The position numbers and the translations under genes are program-made. Positions 63,473 to 64,000 of a DNA stretch of 64,000 bases are shown here, one piece after another (the first letter of the stretch is position 1; each line of letters begins with the position of its first letter). The DNA lies in assembly GCA_963700145.1 (NCBI GenBank), contig OY969474.1, positions 544,001 to 608,000 of the forward strand. Direction: 5' to 3'. A model generated the notes under the pieces. The model ran no database searches. It saw only the letters and a list, made by a program, of their open reading frames with translations, and was not told the DNA's origin. The DNA comes from an uncultured Acidobacteriota bacterium. GTDB taxonomy: Bacteria; Acidobacteriota; Thermoanaerobaculia; Multivoradales; UBA5704.

Positions 63473-64000
63473 TCAGCCGCAAGCCCGCCGGTCGAGGGTA
63501 CGGTACTGGATCGCCTCGGCGAGGTGGGCCGGGCGGAGGGGGCCGCCTCCGGCCAGGTCGGCGATCGTGCGGGCGACCTTGAGGACGCGGTCGTGGGCGC
63601 GGGCGGAGAGGCCGAGGGCTTCGAAAGCGCGATCCAGGAGGGCGCGGCCGGCGCCGTCGAGGGCGCAGAAGCGGCGCACCTCGTCGGGGACCATCGCGGC
63701 GTTGACCGGTGTCGAGGCGGCGTCGCCGAAGCGCGCGCGCTGCAGGTCGCGGGCGGCGGACACCCGCGCCGCCACCGCGGCGCTCGACTCGCCGCGCGCG
63801 CCGCGCAGCTCTCGCACCGTCAGCGACGGCACCTCGATCTGGAGGTCGATGCGGTCGAGGAGCGGCCCGGAGATGCGCGCCCGGTAGCGGTCGACGAGCG
63901 GCGGCGGACAGCGGCATTCGAAGCGAGGGTCGCCTAAATGCCCGCAAGGACAGGGGTTGGCCGAGGCAAGGAGGGCGAAACGGGCGGGGAAGGTGAAGCG
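63473..64000 (-). CDS. comM: YifB/ComM Mg-chelatase-like AAA ATPase (3' part)
   Basis: FPARFALLASANPCPCG...ISGPLLDRIDL...LSARAHDRVLKVARTIADL...EAIQYR; open to the right edge. Confidence 0.93.
   Translation of the reverse strand, partial: RFTFPARFALLASANPCPCGHLGDPRFECRCPPPLVDRYRARISGPLLDRIDLQIEVPSLTVRELRGARGESSAAVAARVSAARDLQRARFGDAASTPVNAAMVPDEVRRFCALDGAGRALLDRAFEALGLSARAHDRVLKVARTIADLAGGGPLRPAHLAEAIQYRTLDRRACG

Noticed and set aside
63473-64000. comM disrupted by an integrated element
   Set aside because: The visible 3' portion is intact and in frame to the window edge.

Overview
Very high-GC bacterial DNA; a Thermoanaerobaculia/Acidobacteriota-like origin is my inference from gene content. 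1-19.4 kb is the 5' part of a minus-strand, translationally coupled hybrid NRPS-PKS cluster that runs off the left edge. Its order is A-T-C-A-T NRPS (the C carries EHHxxHDG, the ureido-forming type), an AT-less KS-ACP, a histidine-type MIO enzyme, a bimodular NRPS made of two near-identical C-A-nMT-T copies whose A domains have a one-residue-short (beta-amino-acid-type) loop, then a further NRPS. 19.4-37.8 kb holds a frameshifted IS110 with definable ends inserted in an S9-peptidase/AttEFGH-like operon, a hybrid histidine kinase, a PG-binding protein, guaB, DUF1579 and secA. 37.9-59.4 kb is an accessory metal block between secA and an M23 peptidase. It contains a WD40 protein, a sigma54-driven multicopper oxidase, cusBA, an NtrC-type activator with Glu at the phosphoacceptor site, a TonB receptor, modABC, Mo-storage mosBA, a low-GC PIN-like/FxLYD pair, a frameshifted symE and a 21-bp palindromic tandem array. 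59.5-64 kb holds M23, csoR with its operator, a second 21-bp array, Crp/Fnr, a VOC dioxygenase, a histidine phosphatase and the 3' end of comM. Best novelty candidate: a ureido-peptide pathway possibly using a histidine aminomutase to supply N-methylated beta-amino acids. All calls are by eye; nothing was computed or searched.
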